Below are positions 1-14,041 of a stretch of DNA of 64,000 nucleotides, one piece after another. The notes below the pieces were generated by a model, which saw nothing but the letters and a program-made list of their open reading frames with translations, was not told the origin of the DNA and ran no database searches. The number at the start of each line of letters is the position of its first letter. Positions within the stretch are counted from its first letter, which is position 1. This stretch comes from Chrysomallon squamiferum. Taxonomy: Eukaryota > Animalia > Mollusca. The position numbers and the translations under genes were made by a program. The DNA is taken from the NCBI GenBank assembly GCA_012295275.1, contig CM022665.1, forward strand, positions 19,220,001 through 19,284,000, written 5' to 3'.

Positions 1-236
1 ATTTTAAAATTATTTTCTGCTCACTATATACTTTATTTGTAATCATTAGTTTTATATTTACTATAATGTAAGCAAGATTTAACATATCCTTAGGTTATTT
101 TACAAATACTCATACGACACAAACTAATGATGTATCAGCATTAATAATACTTACAGTCATGTCAAAATAATCATAAATAAATTATTATACTTTACAATAG
201 ATCTTATTAAAGGTATTTACTGTTTTTCCACTACAG

Positions 237-449
237 AAGCAACTTGTTAAAGTTCTACCCAGAACATATGTACCAGCATAAAAAATTCCTGTTTTTTCCC
301 AAGAAGTCTGAGGGTGCTCAGTGTGAGGAGTTGTTCCTGGACGCTCACAAAAGAGTGTCACAAGAATATGCTAATCTTGATCTCACTACCAGCATGTCTG
401 TGCTGTATTACAAATACTTGGAAATTCTGTGGACATATCCATTTTATGG
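237..449 (+). CDS. FRMD8: FRMD8/iTAP internal coding exon (FERM central lobe); the gene starts upstream of the window
   Basis: Acceptor ctacag|237 and donor GG|gtgag at 449/450. Reads SNLLKFYPEHMY...LYYKYLEILWTYPFYG, comparable to human FRMD8 ...LDSFLPAHL...YRAYLLKCHELPFYG. Confidence 0.88.
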
Positions 450-783
450 GTGAGCTAACTCCCTAGGAATCTTAAAAAAAACCTCAACAAATCTTTATTT
501 ATTTCAAAACATATTTGACTTGAGAAGCAGATAGAAAAGACAGATTGGTCTCTTTTTAATGAACATATTCAGAGAAAAATGGTTTATCATTATGATCCTT
601 CGCAAACTGTACCTTGATTATAAAATGTAGCTGTATTTATTATATCTGTTTCAACTTTTCATGGAACAGTAACTTATTTTATAATGATCTTCTCAGTAAA
701 AAAAAATCGTCTAGTTGTTAAATATTAATTCACAGAGTTTTTCATGTTCTTAATCACAGAATATTTATGTTTGTGCTTATCAG

Positions 784-916
784 GAGTGCCTTCTTCTCAG
801 GACAGGTAGAAACTCCAGCTCCACGCTGGATGAAGTTGATTCACGCACCTCCAGACACACAAGTCATTGTAGCAATCAACATGGACAGCATCAGCCTTAT
901 TGATAAAGAGAAAGTG
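784..916 (+). CDS. FRMD8: FRMD8 exon, start of the FERM C-lobe (too short for the ORF track)
   Basis: cag|G at 784 completes the split Gly codon. Reads SAFFSGQVETPAPRWMKLIHAPPDTQVIVAINMDSISLIDKEKV, with donor gtaa at 917. Matches FRMD8 CAFFHGEVDKP...VSVAISLEGVHVIDSREK. Confidence 0.9.
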
Positions 917-1330
917 GTAACCTTCTGAACATATTCTTCATACACTTGTTGTTTCCAATGTTGGCGTAGACCTGGCAAATTCTGGGCTAGATCCTAACCA
1001 TAATTTAAACTGCAAATAGCAAGGTTGACATGATGAAGTCATTTGTAAGCAAAAACAAACAGCAATAAGTCAACTTTAACAATTTATTACAACACTTCCT
1101 TCAAGACTGTCTGCAGTTAGGAACTAATTTACCAAACTCCTATAATATTAGTGGAACAATCACGGGCTGAACTTGGCTGAATACATTTATGTATTGATAT
1201 GTGCTGTGAAACTGTAATATATGGCCTAAAGCTTTATGTATCCTTCATATGTGTGCTAAATGTGCTATAATAATTCATAACATTCTTGGGTTACATGATC
1301 AAATTTATAACGAATTGATGTGAATATAAA

Positions 1331-2531
1331 CAGGGTTTACATGCATTTTGAAAAGTCTTGGAAAGTTTTGGAAATTTGTCACAGTGTTTTCAGGACCTTA
1401 AAAGTTTTGGAAAATCAGGTTTTGTTATTTTGGCTATGGAAAAGTTTTGGAAAATTATGTCCTTGCCATAAATAAAACGTATCAAAAACTGGTTTGTTTC
1501 ACCGATATTTAGCCCCAACCCAATCCCTGTTTTAACCAATGTAATGAGGTGCCATTATAGCCGAGCCAACAAAAAATGGTTTCATTTTGGTGGTGGTTCC
1601 ATTTTATCCTGATCCCAAAAGATTATCTCAGGCTATCTGCACTTGCGCTTGCACAGATCATCTCAAGTTTGCTGCAAGTTTGATGTATCTATGATTTAAA
1701 TGACCATTGCAGACTATCAACTCCATTTAAAATGCCTGGGAACTGTGTTCAGTAACCTGGTTAACAAAGGAACTATACAGTGTTTGGCTCGCAAAACCAG
1801 GGTCAAGATGGAGCAGATACTTATATTAATTTTAGGGTTATGAATAGGGCCATTCAACTATTACTTAATGCTCAGGAGTGGGGCTGTCATGTAAGTCCAA
1901 CCATTGTATGGCATGATAAGTGCAGGGAGGTGTACTGAACAGTGTCAGGTAACACAGTTTTGTTTTCCCATATTTTCTGGACTATAACATCATATTTTTG
2001 GTTTTTCTCCTTTTTTTCAGACATTTTTGAGAATCCATTCATATTATAAGAAGCACTGTTTTACAGGCTGCATGTTACTTTCAAGCATTGATGGTCCAGT
2101 GGCCAAATGTGTATCTGTTTTGTTTTCTAGCAATTTTTCCTGTGTACATTGTTCGTTTATAGACTTGGGGTGGGTGTTTAATTTTGACAATATAAAGCAA
2201 TATTTGAACAGCCCCTTAGGATTAGTTTTATTTTTCATTTTCTGTATTCATATTTCTGGCAGTCTGTCTTGCATATCATCATAGTCATGTCCACTCCAAA
2301 AATAAAACTGCATTTTAAAACACCAAAATTAATTACATCAATTTTTATATTACTAGTAATCCTACATGTATACCATGCAGCTTAGTCGAAGCAAACAGAT
2401 CTAAAAACTGCAAATTCACTTTGTTGTGATTGAGTTGGCTTGGAAATGGTTTTGGAAATTTGGATTTGTGGGCTGTGGAAAGTTTGGGAAAACTTATGGC
2501 AATTTTGACAGCCCAAGATGTACATACACTG
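1331..2531. mobile_element. Degenerate non-autonomous DNA transposon (hAT-like CAGGG end) in a FRMD8 intron
   Basis: Begins CAGGGTTTACATG and ends ATGTACATACACTG (degenerate TIR). Clusters of direct subterminal repeats of the GGAAA(A)GTTTTGGAAA type lie at 1350-1455 and 2440-2495. No TSD found. Confidence 0.5.
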
Positions 2532-3482
2532 CATATGTTTCTGTTCTTGTTTCTTAATTTTTAATATGGGGTTGATTAATTATTCTATAAACTGACTATT
2601 ACAACTGTAAAGATGAGTAAAGATGTTAGGTAAAAGGAATGTGATTAGCATTTCACTTAGCCATGATCTGTGTTCTTATAAGGTGTGTGACAAATGGGAT
2701 GTGTAATAAATGGTAGGATACTGTACAGACACAGATGACCAAGGCAGGCAAATTTTATTCCACATAATCAATGACCCATTGTTCTATAATATCCAAGGGG
2801 AACAATAGCTTGACCATTCCTGTAACTTTGAGTTTTCAAAGGCTAATTTCTCTTCACTCAGAGCTTTCTGACATTTGAATTTTTACTATTACTTGCTTAT
2901 TTAGCAAATGGGCTTTTGAGTATTCTGAAAGATCAAAGTTTGAATTTTCAAAACATACCAACCTGTGTGCATATCCATCTGTCTACATAACTACATACAT
3001 ACATACACAGATACATATATATACACACTTATACACACATAAACACACACTCCCCTACAGCCACAGACACATATACTTATATACAAAGAGACAAAGACAC
3101 ACAGACAGAAGTATACCATAAGAGATAGAAACTATTAGAATATTTACACACATTTTCTACATTTGTATTCTTACTTATAACATATTTAGAAAATGTTCAA
3201 AAGGCACTGAGAACTCTTAGGTGTTACTAGAAGACAACAAGTACTTAAACATGTATAAAAACACGTTTTAGTATTAGTATTAGGATTGCTCATTGATGAC
3301 AGTTTGTTGTTTGTGCTGCAGCAGCATTGTCTCTGCTTAATATCAGAATAAGATACCAAGATCCAGACTGTCTCAGTTATTGTGAATATTTAAGTGTTAT
3401 TAAAAATTATATTTCTTTCAAATATGCTTTCTAACATTGGATCTTATGTCATTCATTTTTACATATGTTCATTCATTCTCAG

Positions 3483-3650
3483 GAGCTCATCTTGTCAGTA
3501 CCTTTCACTGACATGTCATGGAACTTCAGAGACACAGAATTCGACGTGGATGGAGAAATCATGCCCAGTCTTTACATTCAATTTGCATGCGATCAAGACG
3601 AGACCGATGAAAGGGGCTTAACCAAGTTGCTAGCTATATATTCAAGAGAA
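3483..3650 (+). CDS. FRMD8: FRMD8 exon, FERM C-lobe
   Basis: ctcag|GAG...GAA|gtaaat, 168 nt, phase 0/0. Reads ELILSVPFTDMSWNF...PSLYIQFACDQ...TKLLAIYSRE vs human VLLGLRFQELSWD...PILWLEFDGD...NKLLKIYSKQ. Confidence 0.92.
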
Positions 3651-3889
3651 GTAAATTATTTATTTATTCTGTATTTCAGGACTAATTTAATATCCTTTGC
3701 TCAAAGCATGCATATTGTTTTAGTTAATAATTTATCATAAATTATACAGAACTAATGTATGTTTGTGTGCATATATGTGTTATTTGTTTGTATCTATCTG
3801 TCTATCTATCAGTATATATGTTTTACATTGGAAATTTCATAAACGTGATATAAAACTATCAGAAATTAAATTACTTTTTATTTTGACAG

Positions 3890-3977
3890 GCAAAACTGAT
3901 GGATGCACTTATAAACAATTGTGTTCAAAGAAAACTAACAAGTCCTGGCATTGACTATGTAGATTCTGGCGTTTTTG
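3890..3977 (+). CDS. FRMD8: FRMD8 exon, end of FERM domain plus tail
   Basis: ttgacag|GCA...TTTG|gtaa. Reads AKLMDALINNCVQRKLTSPGIDYVDSGVF vs human AELMSSLIEYCIE...TIDYVED. Confidence 0.88.
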
Positions 3978-4294
3978 GTAAATAATTATATACTTTCATT
4001 TAAAGATTAACACTTGTAAACATCTATAGCACTTTGCATTATTAAAGCTTAAACTTTTAAACCTTTATTATTGACTTTATTGGACTTTATTTTATTTGTT
4101 TTTGTTTTTTCTGTCTGGTTAAGAAAGTTCTCCAATACATTAAAATTAGTGAGGACTCAAAATAGCTATAGCTTATTTTACATTATATATATATATATTT
4201 ATATATATATATAATGTAAAATATATATAGATGGGGGTTTTCTGTTGTTTTAATTTAGATAATTATATTACAAAGATATGCTAATACTTTACAG

Positions 4295-4332
4295 GGACAG
4301 ATTCAGTGGATGGTGCTAAGAAAGGTTTGTAA
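4295..4332 (+). CDS. FRMD8: FRMD8 short C-terminal exon: ends at TAA 4330-4332 or splices at 4324/4325
   Basis: Acceptor tttacag|GG is phase-compatible with the previous exon. Reads GTDSVDGAKK, then G|gtttgt or read-through GL*. Confidence 0.6.
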
Positions 4333-6195
4333 TTCTCAAAAAGAATGGCTGTTATGTGCTGGCAAAACTTTTCTCTCAATCCTGCATGTTTAAAAATAAA
4401 TTAAAATATACACTCACATAACTTAAGTGCTTTAGTTTTTGTACTGTTCTCTCAGTCTAATATAGATCAGTTATTTTCTAGTGCTTGAAATTTTAAAAAA
4501 GTAAAAAAAGATCCAAACATTTTCAATTATTTTTTCAGCATGTCATTTTTACCTCATTTTGACTACTATTTTCGATAATATATGATTTATACTTGAAGTC
4601 ATGTTACATTGTCTTTTATTGCCTTTTCTCTCAGATGATATGTAATTTATATACTCTTTATGTTCCATTATTCAATATCTGAAACTGTAAAACTCTAGAC
4701 CAGTTGTTATATATCATATTATCTTTCTTTCATTATTTATTTTCAACTAGTTTAACATCTGATTGTGTGGATGTAAATTTAAAACTGTATTCCGGTATTA
4801 AAAACTGTATAAATATCATTAATCATTTCATTTTTTTTCTTATATCACCAAAACCATGATGTATTTACAAGTAAACTTAATTACACAGATCTACATTTGA
4901 AGTTTTTATCTGTTCCAGTGTGATATAGAAGATGTTTTTAATGACATAAAACTTTAAAGATAGTGAAGAGTTCTGATAATACTTGGGGCTTTTTTTTCAT
5001 GTAAAAATAATCATACTAGATGGTAGTTCCATTAGCAATTTATATTTCCATGTTGATTATTTAGTACAGTCTCTCTGTGTTTTATGTTAAATTATTAATA
5101 TATTTGTTGTAACTTATCCTTATATTAAAACCTTGTAAACTTTCTGTCAGCTGCACATCAAAATAGTTTAGACTAATAATCATAGTTGCACATTTAGACA
5201 CGTCACTGGAATGAATTCTGAGAAATAATGTACAGAGCTAGTGAATGTATTTGATTCATCATAGTGCATGTTATTAGTGCTTTGTTATTCTATTATATTG
5301 TGGGTTTTTTTCATTTTTACACCTATTTTAAATAAATAACAGAGAACTAATGCCAAATAAAATACAGTTTAAAAAAGATTTTGCATACATCTATAAATAT
5401 GAAAGGAACCCATTTTAATAATTAATGTTTTATGATCGTGTAAGAAACATAAAACTGTTTCCAGTATGAAAATATATATAACAATAGAAATTTTAAGTGG
5501 TTTACTTTCAGCAGTTTCCCTATTCAGGAAATCCATGTTAAAAATGTTCACACGTAGGCCAGTAATGCAGTCTTTGGAATCATTATGATTAATATGTGAC
5601 TAAGATAATGTTTCAGTTTATTAAAACCACAAATCTTGTTTCAGAATCAGGTATACGGAAATTCACTAACAAACTGGACAGGTTCTGTTTGACAACTTAC
5701 ACTAAGAATGGTAGGAACAGTCTTATTCTTAAATGATTTCTTCTACAACAATATTAGAACTAAAAAAGCACACACACACACACACACAATAAATAAAATT
5801 AAAAAAAACAAATTAGTAAATAAATAATGTTTGAAAACCCATATAAAATGAAAAAGGCTCATTAAAAGATGATCAAGAGTAAAAATAATTATTCTTTCAT
5901 TACAACTATATCTCTGATAATACACAGTCATCATTGGTAGATTATTGTTTATATGGCAGAGATGTTTACGTAAAATAATAGATAAACATGTTAATACTAA
6001 TGTTGTCACTGAAAATATTCATTTACTCATTCTGAAAAAATAACATTGTAAACTGGATGTAAAGAGGTACACAAGACAAGTAATATTTAATCTTTACCAT
6101 AAACATTATCATTGTCATCTTTGTTTTGTTTATTATGAAAGTGTATCTATGGAATAATTTAACTGGCTACTTTACATTTTTACTTTTCCTTACAG

Positions 6196-6212
6196 GTGAA
6201 ATAGTGGATTAA
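6196..6212 (+). CDS. FRMD8: Possible terminal coding exon of FRMD8 (GEIVD*), followed by 3'UTR
   Basis: Strong polypyrimidine acceptor tttacttttccttacag|GT, phase-1 compatible with a donor at 4325; TAA at 6210-6212. No homology support. Confidence 0.45.
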
Positions 6213-7976
6213 AGAAACTGTGTGATACTTGGTACCATCAGCAGTGAAATCAGCTTCATAAACTTCATGAACTAACAGAAACATCACAATTAATTTGTGA
6301 TCGTGAAAACATGTTGTTTCATATCTTAAGATATTTTCTTAATATTATTTTATTATTTTATTATTTTATAATATTTAAAATATTTTTTTTCTCTGCTGGA
6401 ACTGGATATCTTGAACATGTGTTTTTCACACACTCATTTTAAATGTTGATGCAAAAATTTATTGAGATTTGTTAAACATCCATTCTGTTTATTTTACACA
6501 AACTCTTGACTATAATCATTTTGTTAATCCTTAATTAATATATTATTAAAGGATATCTAAGCATACAAATACTTACTGTTTTGATTCATTTTAGAATCAT
6601 CAAATAATAGCTTTGTAATTAAAATTATTCACATCAGAAATGTCATGAGGCATATGTTTTACATTCCATATCAAGAAGATTGAGTTTTATATATTTTTTG
6701 TTCTTATACATTTTACACTTTGCCACTCACATTTAATCTCTCACTAGAAAATATTTAGAGATAATTGAAATAAAATCTGTTTGTGCACTTCTGATATAAT
6801 TTAAAAATGAAAAAGAGGAAACCAATTGCTGACTGAACATTTTGTACAGGAGTGGATATATGTAAATTGGTAATTAAGAAAGATAAAAACTAAAAAGAAT
6901 TTCACATTTGTGAAACACGCACTCTGTATACTATTGTTTGTTACATTAATTTGTTTAACTCAAATAAATATTTTTAACAGTTGCAATATGTGTAATAATA
7001 GATGTAATAGTAGATACCATATATGTATGTGATGGACTTGAAAGAAAGAACAGAAAGAAGGATACTATTCAGTGGACAGATATGTTTGAAAAAATAGGAA
7101 TTTTAGAAATAATGTAAAAAAAATATTGTATAATCAATGTAATAAAAAGACTTGCTGTAAAGCATTACTGCAGTGTAAGAATAGAAATTAAAGAAATAAA
7201 AATGTTATGTACAGATATATAACAATGGCATAACGGACAACTGTAAATAAAATTTCATTGTGAAATATTGTTCATCATCGTAGGAAGAAGGACTGTTGTG
7301 AAGTAAAAGAATCAAGAAATTGTTAACTGAGAAATAAAATAATTAAACCAAGGGTGTTACTGTTATATTATCATTTCACATTGAATATCATTTTAGAAGA
7401 TGCATATGTTTAACAATTAATATGTAGTTTGTTTTGTGTATTTTGGGGGGTGCAATGTGTTAGTAATATACATTATGATATATAATTGTAATGATTTGAT
7501 CATTATAATTTGCTCAGTTGGGTTAAGCATATTAAGTAATTTAACATAAATAAAAAAAAAAAAAAAATTTGTTTTTGTTAAATATATGAATTCTTTGCAT
7601 AATGGAGACATTAATAAAACTTTTTATAAAATAGTGCATCTAGAATATAAAAAAATGATAATAATAATAAATATGTAAATAAGAAAAAAATAAAAATATA
7701 TAAATAAAATAATAAATTTAGGAAAGGAGGTGTAAAATTAAAGAAAAAAAAAAGGAAGACTGCAAACACACATTTCCAATATGGCAGGAACTTTTGCAGT
7801 GAGATATTCATTTTAATTTTAAATATAAATTTTAATTTGGGAAATCAGTATATATATATATTGTTGTTGTTTTTTGAACGATCTTTATAGTTTATTTTAT
7901 AATTTACTAACATTGACAGTAGAGTCAATTTTGTTTTTATATTTCAAAATGGGGACATTTTAGCCTGCTTGATATG

Positions 7977-7978
<2 letters not shown>

Positions 7979-8036
<58 letters not shown>
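7979..8036. repeat. (AT)n microsatellite
   Basis: Direct reading. Confidence 0.95.
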
Positions 8037-8039
<3 letters not shown>

Positions 8040-10377
8040 ATTAATTAAATATACTTTCTAGTAAAATTTAAAACACTACTACTGATAATAAAACTAATGG
8101 TAATATTAATACTAATAATAATAACAACAACAATGTTCTTAATTATAATAATAAACAGAAACAAATAAATAATTACTATACAGGGTACAGTTATATCGAA
8201 ATATTATTCGCTGATGCAATAACAGTGAAAGTGCAAAAAAAAAAAAAAAATAATATAAAAAATTTATAAAAAAAAAAAAAACAGTCATAATATATATACA
8301 CCAAACAAACATCCAGCAGATACGTGTGCACTGTTTAGGATATTTATTTATTTATTTATCTATTTACTTATTTTATCACAGTCGTAATAACCAACATTTA
8401 AAATAATAACATGCAGGCTGATCGACCTGAGGCGAGTCTAGCTACTTTCTGACCAGTCGCAGCAGCGAAACGGACCCTGCACATAAAGTGCAAATCAGTG
8501 AATGAAGCATCGATATGTGTTAGCGCCAACCCTCTTTGGTTATTGATGAGTTCTGAAGTACGGTTGAATGATGGCAAATCAATACAGCTCTGGCTCTTAT
8601 CTCGGCTTAATGGCCGCCCACGCTTTGAGCGCTGTAGCTTGTCAACTGTTAAATTATTAACAAAACAGAAAGAAAAAAAATGTAGAGGCAAAAAGAAAGT
8701 ATCTGTGTGCATTAGAAAGAGAAATGAAGATGAACAGAGAGAAAGAGTGCGGGCATGTGTGAGTGGCAAATAATTTTATGCATTTCAGTTCTAAAAAGGT
8801 TCTAATCTGTATTTTGGGTGTTGTAAAATATGTTAATAATTTATATTTAATTAATTTAAAAAAAAAAAAAAAAAAATGCCCCACATGTACCGAATAAAAC
8901 AATGACTAATTCCCCCTCCCATTTTGTTAGCAACGCATTATTCAATATGCGATAAAACATCAGAAGGTTATCAGAAACATTATTAAACATTATTTGTTCA
9001 CTTAGTTATATTTATCTTTTCAAAAACAGCATGACATTCTGTTCTCTGTCAGTCAGAGTGCTATCCCTTTTCTAATAGGCATTATTATACTGATCGTTAA
9101 ATCTTAGATAAAATAATATTTCTTAGGTTTGTTTTAGGAAAAGATCTTATCCAAATAAAAACTGTTAAGAATAAAAGTATATCGTGTATTTAATATTTTT
9201 CTCCTAAAATCCCCATATCAAACACTTTTTTTTTTTTTTTTTTTTAAATTATTAGTTACTTCATGTATGTGGAACAACTGGTTGAAATTACAAAGGATTA
9301 AAAACAGAAAAAAGAACGAAAGAGAGGGAAATGCACTAGAAGAGCACACCGCCATTAATTTTAATATGGAAAAATATTTTATGTGTATTTATTTATCAAA
9401 TAAATCTTGTTAAATCACATGACTTACACATCATTACCGAACACAAATATATGAGAAAAAAAGAAAAGAAAAATTCATCTTAATAGGAAACTATGAGAAA
9501 ACTATGTTAAATGAAGCTGATGATATTATTGTCCACAATGTTGCATATATCTGAGGCGTTACAAATAATAATAATAAATTTATTTATTTATTTATTTATT
9601 ATTTAATTATTCATCAATTTATTAAATAAAAACTAAAATAAAATAAAAACATCATTACTGTCGCTAAACTGGCAGTGGCCGTAGTGATTGGACCAAGCCG
9701 TAAATGAACGTTGGGAGAGGGAGAAAAATAATAATAATAACAAAATAAAAATGATCACACCATATGAAAAATTGAATTAATTTAACATTAAGAAAATATT
9801 TGGCTATTCCTTTTTCGATATCATTTTATCCGGTGCCTTTTTTCATGTGCAGTGCCTTTTGATATTAAACTTTGAATCCTCCTAGATTGTCCCATGGTGA
9901 ATGAGCTACAGATTATACTGTCAGTAAATTTTTCGCTCCTAATAATAACAATATAATACTATAATTTATTTATTTATTTATTTATTTATTTATTTTTTTG
10001 ATTTTAGAGTTTACATTGGTCACATACGTCCCATACATACATAAACATAAAAAATGCATGCGTGCGTAATAATGTGTGCGCACATATACTTACATACATA
10101 CGTACATACATATATACTAATTTGCATTCGTGTTAATGTATAATTTAAATTTATATATACATAATTTGTTTGATTTCTGAATCCCACATCCAGTGAACGC
10201 GTAATAAATACGTGCATTAATAAAATGAATGAACTGATTTTTCATGATATTTATTGAACCTCACTACACATGTACTATTATCGCCTATTTTATTAGCGAT
10301 TAACGTGTATCGATTTTTTTTAACAAGCGATTAAGTGGGGACATCCTCGTATATTCATAACTGTAAGAACAATTGCG

Positions 10378-10860
10378 TAACGTAATAATAACGTTATGGG
10401 GACACCTCGTATATTCGTAATAATAACGTAATAATAACGTTATAGTTGTGATAAGTGTTTTTTAACGTAATGGTAACGTATTTTCATAACGTAATAATAA
10501 CGTTATAGTTGTGACAAGTATTCTCTTAACGTAATAATAACGTTATAGTTGTGACAAGTATTTTCTTAACGTAATAATAACGCTATAGTTGTGATAAGTG
10601 TTTTCATAACGTAATGGTAACGTTATAGTTGTGATAAGTATTTTCATAACGTAATGATAACGCTATAGTTGTGATAAGTATTTTCATAACGTAATGATAA
10701 CGCTATAGTTGTGATAAGTATTTTCATAACGTAATAATAACGCTATAGTTGTGATAAGTATTTTCATAACGTAATGATAACGCTATAGTTGTGATAAGTA
10801 TTTTCATAACGTTATAATAATGTTGTAGCTAAGTTGTCATAAGGTAAGTAATAACGTTAT
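10378..10860. repeat. 40-bp minisatellite, about 10 units plus degenerate flanks
   Basis: Unit aacgtaatRataacgYtatagttgtgataagtattttcat; ttttcataac recurs at 10641, 10681, 10721, 10761 and 10801. Confidence 0.93.
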
Positions 10861-13661
10861 GCAGATAATCCTCAAGTTACGTCTGTAAATCAGAATAGTT
10901 CGTATCTAGCGTCAGTAAGTCAAAAGTGTATAAAACTACAATATTTATAACAGAAAAAGTGTGCGTGTGTATGCTTTGGTATGAAAAAATAAACATTACT
11001 GAAAAACACTTCCAAAACGGTATACACAGAACATTCGCAATGTTTTGATGTGCACCATCGCAAAATAGGCTGTCTGTTCGTTATTATCAACCACTGTATG
11101 CAACTTTTTGAAGTATAATAGATTTTACGGAGTTCTGTAGTAATATACAAAACATACTGTATTTTAATACGTAATAATATATAATTATTATTATTATTAT
11201 TTTTATTATTATTATAATAATAACATAATAAATATAGAACACAGTCCATTAGTTAAATGATTTATTTGGAAAGTATATGAGTCCTGAAGATAGATGAACA
11301 TCAGATATTACTAGCTTTATTCTGCATCTGGAAAGATACAAAAATGCATTTATTTATTTATTTATTTATTTATTTTTCTGTCTAGGTTTGATTCAAATCC
11401 GAATTATGCATTTTTCTGGTAATTTGTGACTATTGATCCGGCAGTTACATTATGGCTACCTTTGACAGATCTTCTACAGCATGTGTTGTAAACTAAATGA
11501 TAAAATTAGCTGTACTTAGTTTATTTCTTACAAAAATGCATATGCATTAAAACATGTATACCCATACAAAGGCAAAATCAATTAATCATACAGACACATG
11601 TAAATGTTTGAAACTATATGTTGTTTGCATGCTTCGTTTCCTTACATGTTTAATCACAGCGTAATGATTCAGAACTTTTAAAGTTTTTACGAACTCACAT
11701 GGTGCCACTGTTCTGTAGTTCTTTATCGGAACAATGCACTGGCTTTTAAATGAAAGATGGTCCTGTATAAATTTCAACCGTAGTTGGATGTAGTTTCAAG
11801 ATCAAATAATAGCTGACATCTGCTATGTGGTTTTGGACGAGATCTCTTAGCTGAAGTAATCCTCTGTTTCAGTTCTTATATGTTCTGTGAAATATCCTCA
11901 ACCTTTTGGGAATACATCTGGGGGTTTTCATACACCTCACGAATAATAATATAGCAATAATATTAAATTTATTCGAAGTTGTGTCAGAAAATATAGGATG
12001 ACCAAAGTTTATAATCCAGGTAAGGGAAACGTCTTCAGTTTAACCATAGTCACCATTTAATGCAGGCACCCAAAACATATGTATGCTCCAAAGATCTTTG
12101 GCTGGATTTTCTGTCCTTTTCATTTCACTTGGAAATTTTGATCGTGGTCAGTAACAATACAAAATCTGAAAAATAATAAATATAAATACTTCATTATACA
12201 TTTCTTCCAAAAGTTCTACTCAAATGCAAACGATTAAGTTGTAAAATGTACAAAACAACATAAACATTGTAAGTTTTACGTTACCCATGGATACAATTTT
12301 TTTTTATTTTTTTATTTTTTATTTTTTGTTATACATACACGTTTTATATATAATAGATACAGGAATAAAGCTGATGCGCTAAATAAATTCTACTGCTGCT
12401 AGTGCTTAATGACGTGGAATGTGTAATATGTACTTCTTATCTGTGATGTTCAAAGATTGTACAGCTGGATATGTTATTATCACAACATTGGTGAAGAGTG
12501 TCGGTCGTTCCTTACAAAGGAAGACACTACAATTTAAAATGTTTATTTCTTTTAACTAATTTATGAATAGTAGTAGTATATTTTAAATTGTAAATAAATA
12601 TAGAACTATTTTTTTTTGTTTCATGAATTGTCCCTACAAAGTCAAGCCCAAGTTTTACACGTAGCCCCATGAGACAAATCCCTCTTTAGAGCAATGACTG
12701 GCGTGGGAACGATCGAACTGCTTCCGCAAAAATAATATCTACTACATCGGGAAACGACACAGTAACACCAGTCTAAAATATCCATCAACTGATTTCGGAC
12801 ACTTCAGACATGACATTAATTAAACACTCACACTGAATCTGTTCGAGAATTAGACCTGGATTAATAACAAATGTAAAGTAAAGTACTGGCAAAACTGACA
12901 TAGTTTCTGTCAAGAATGTGTGAAAACGAAACATTTTTACATGCTGATCACCCCCACACACCCCCATATAAAGTAGCGAACTTGGCTTTAAAACCGGCCC
13001 GGGCATCCTTCACCGACTACATGCACTATTAATGTGTCTGTACTGTTGTTGTCATTCGGCCCAGCGGTCCGAGCCGAGCTGACGTTACCGAAATGCCCAT
13101 GTGGCCAATATGCCCATGGTTACAGTTCTCTTACAACATTTCGTTTAGCTCATAAGTTTATAGGCAGCCCAGAGCTAAATAATGCCCCATGAAACTCATT
13201 ATATTTTCTGTAGTGATGATGAATTCCCTTACACTACGGACCACTTGTACAAAGATGTTGTTGCACCAGTTCCCGCACCAGACTCTAAGTCGACTCTTTT
13301 CTCGTCGATATTCTCAGCTAACTGAAATTACACCGAGTCTTTACAGATCAATTTTGTCATAGCAGTAACAATCTATTTATAAAAGTGCGTGGGCGTCTAG
13401 CTAAAAGTTCGTTTCGCAGGGCTGAAAAAAAAGTGTAACTGGATTTTCTCGATTAGTACTGACTGGTTGTCATGTTTGGTAAAAGAAGAAATCTGGCAGT
13501 TCAGTGGTGTAATAATAAGAATTTATTTTCATTTTGCAACTTATTAATCTTTAAATAGCTGTATAAATATTAACTTTAAACGAAATGAAAAAGTAATATT
13601 TATTCAGATATTGATGTAAAGGCATAAAATATCGTTGATATATTATTATTAGTTTTTAATA

Positions 13662-13714
<53 letters not shown>

Positions 13715-13996
13715 AAATAAAATAAAATAATAAATAAATAAATATAAATAAAAAGATTACCTTAGTAATAGATTATTAGCTTTCTAAAATAAAAACATTA
13801 AAAGTTTTGATATTCTTTTAGACTATTACGGAACAGAAAAATTGAAAATTATAAATATGAGACGAAATCATTTTAGAAAATTGTTATCACTTGGTGAATA
13901 TAATTTTAAGAATAGATTAATTACAGAGAAAAATGTAATATGATGATTGTTGTATCAGTACTGATATAACATTATTTATTTTGTCACCCTGTCAGT

Positions 13997-14041
<45 letters not shown>

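Noticed and set aside
237-3977. KRIT1 as the identity of the FERM gene
   Set aside because: The motifs SLYIQF..D, KLLAIYSREAKLM and IDYVD fit FRMD8 better than the KRIT1 C-terminus.
8533-8550. TCTTTGGTTAT, resembling the 5' end of miR-9
   Set aside because: Diverges after 11 nt and I see no complementary arm.
10378-10860. Possible CRISPR array
   Set aside because: Contiguous 40-bp tandem units with no spacers.
11590-12170. Possible minus-strand coding exon or mariner fragment (..QNI*ELKQRITSA..)
   Set aside because: All three frames after the candidate acceptor stop quickly, and the motif similarity is too short to support a call.
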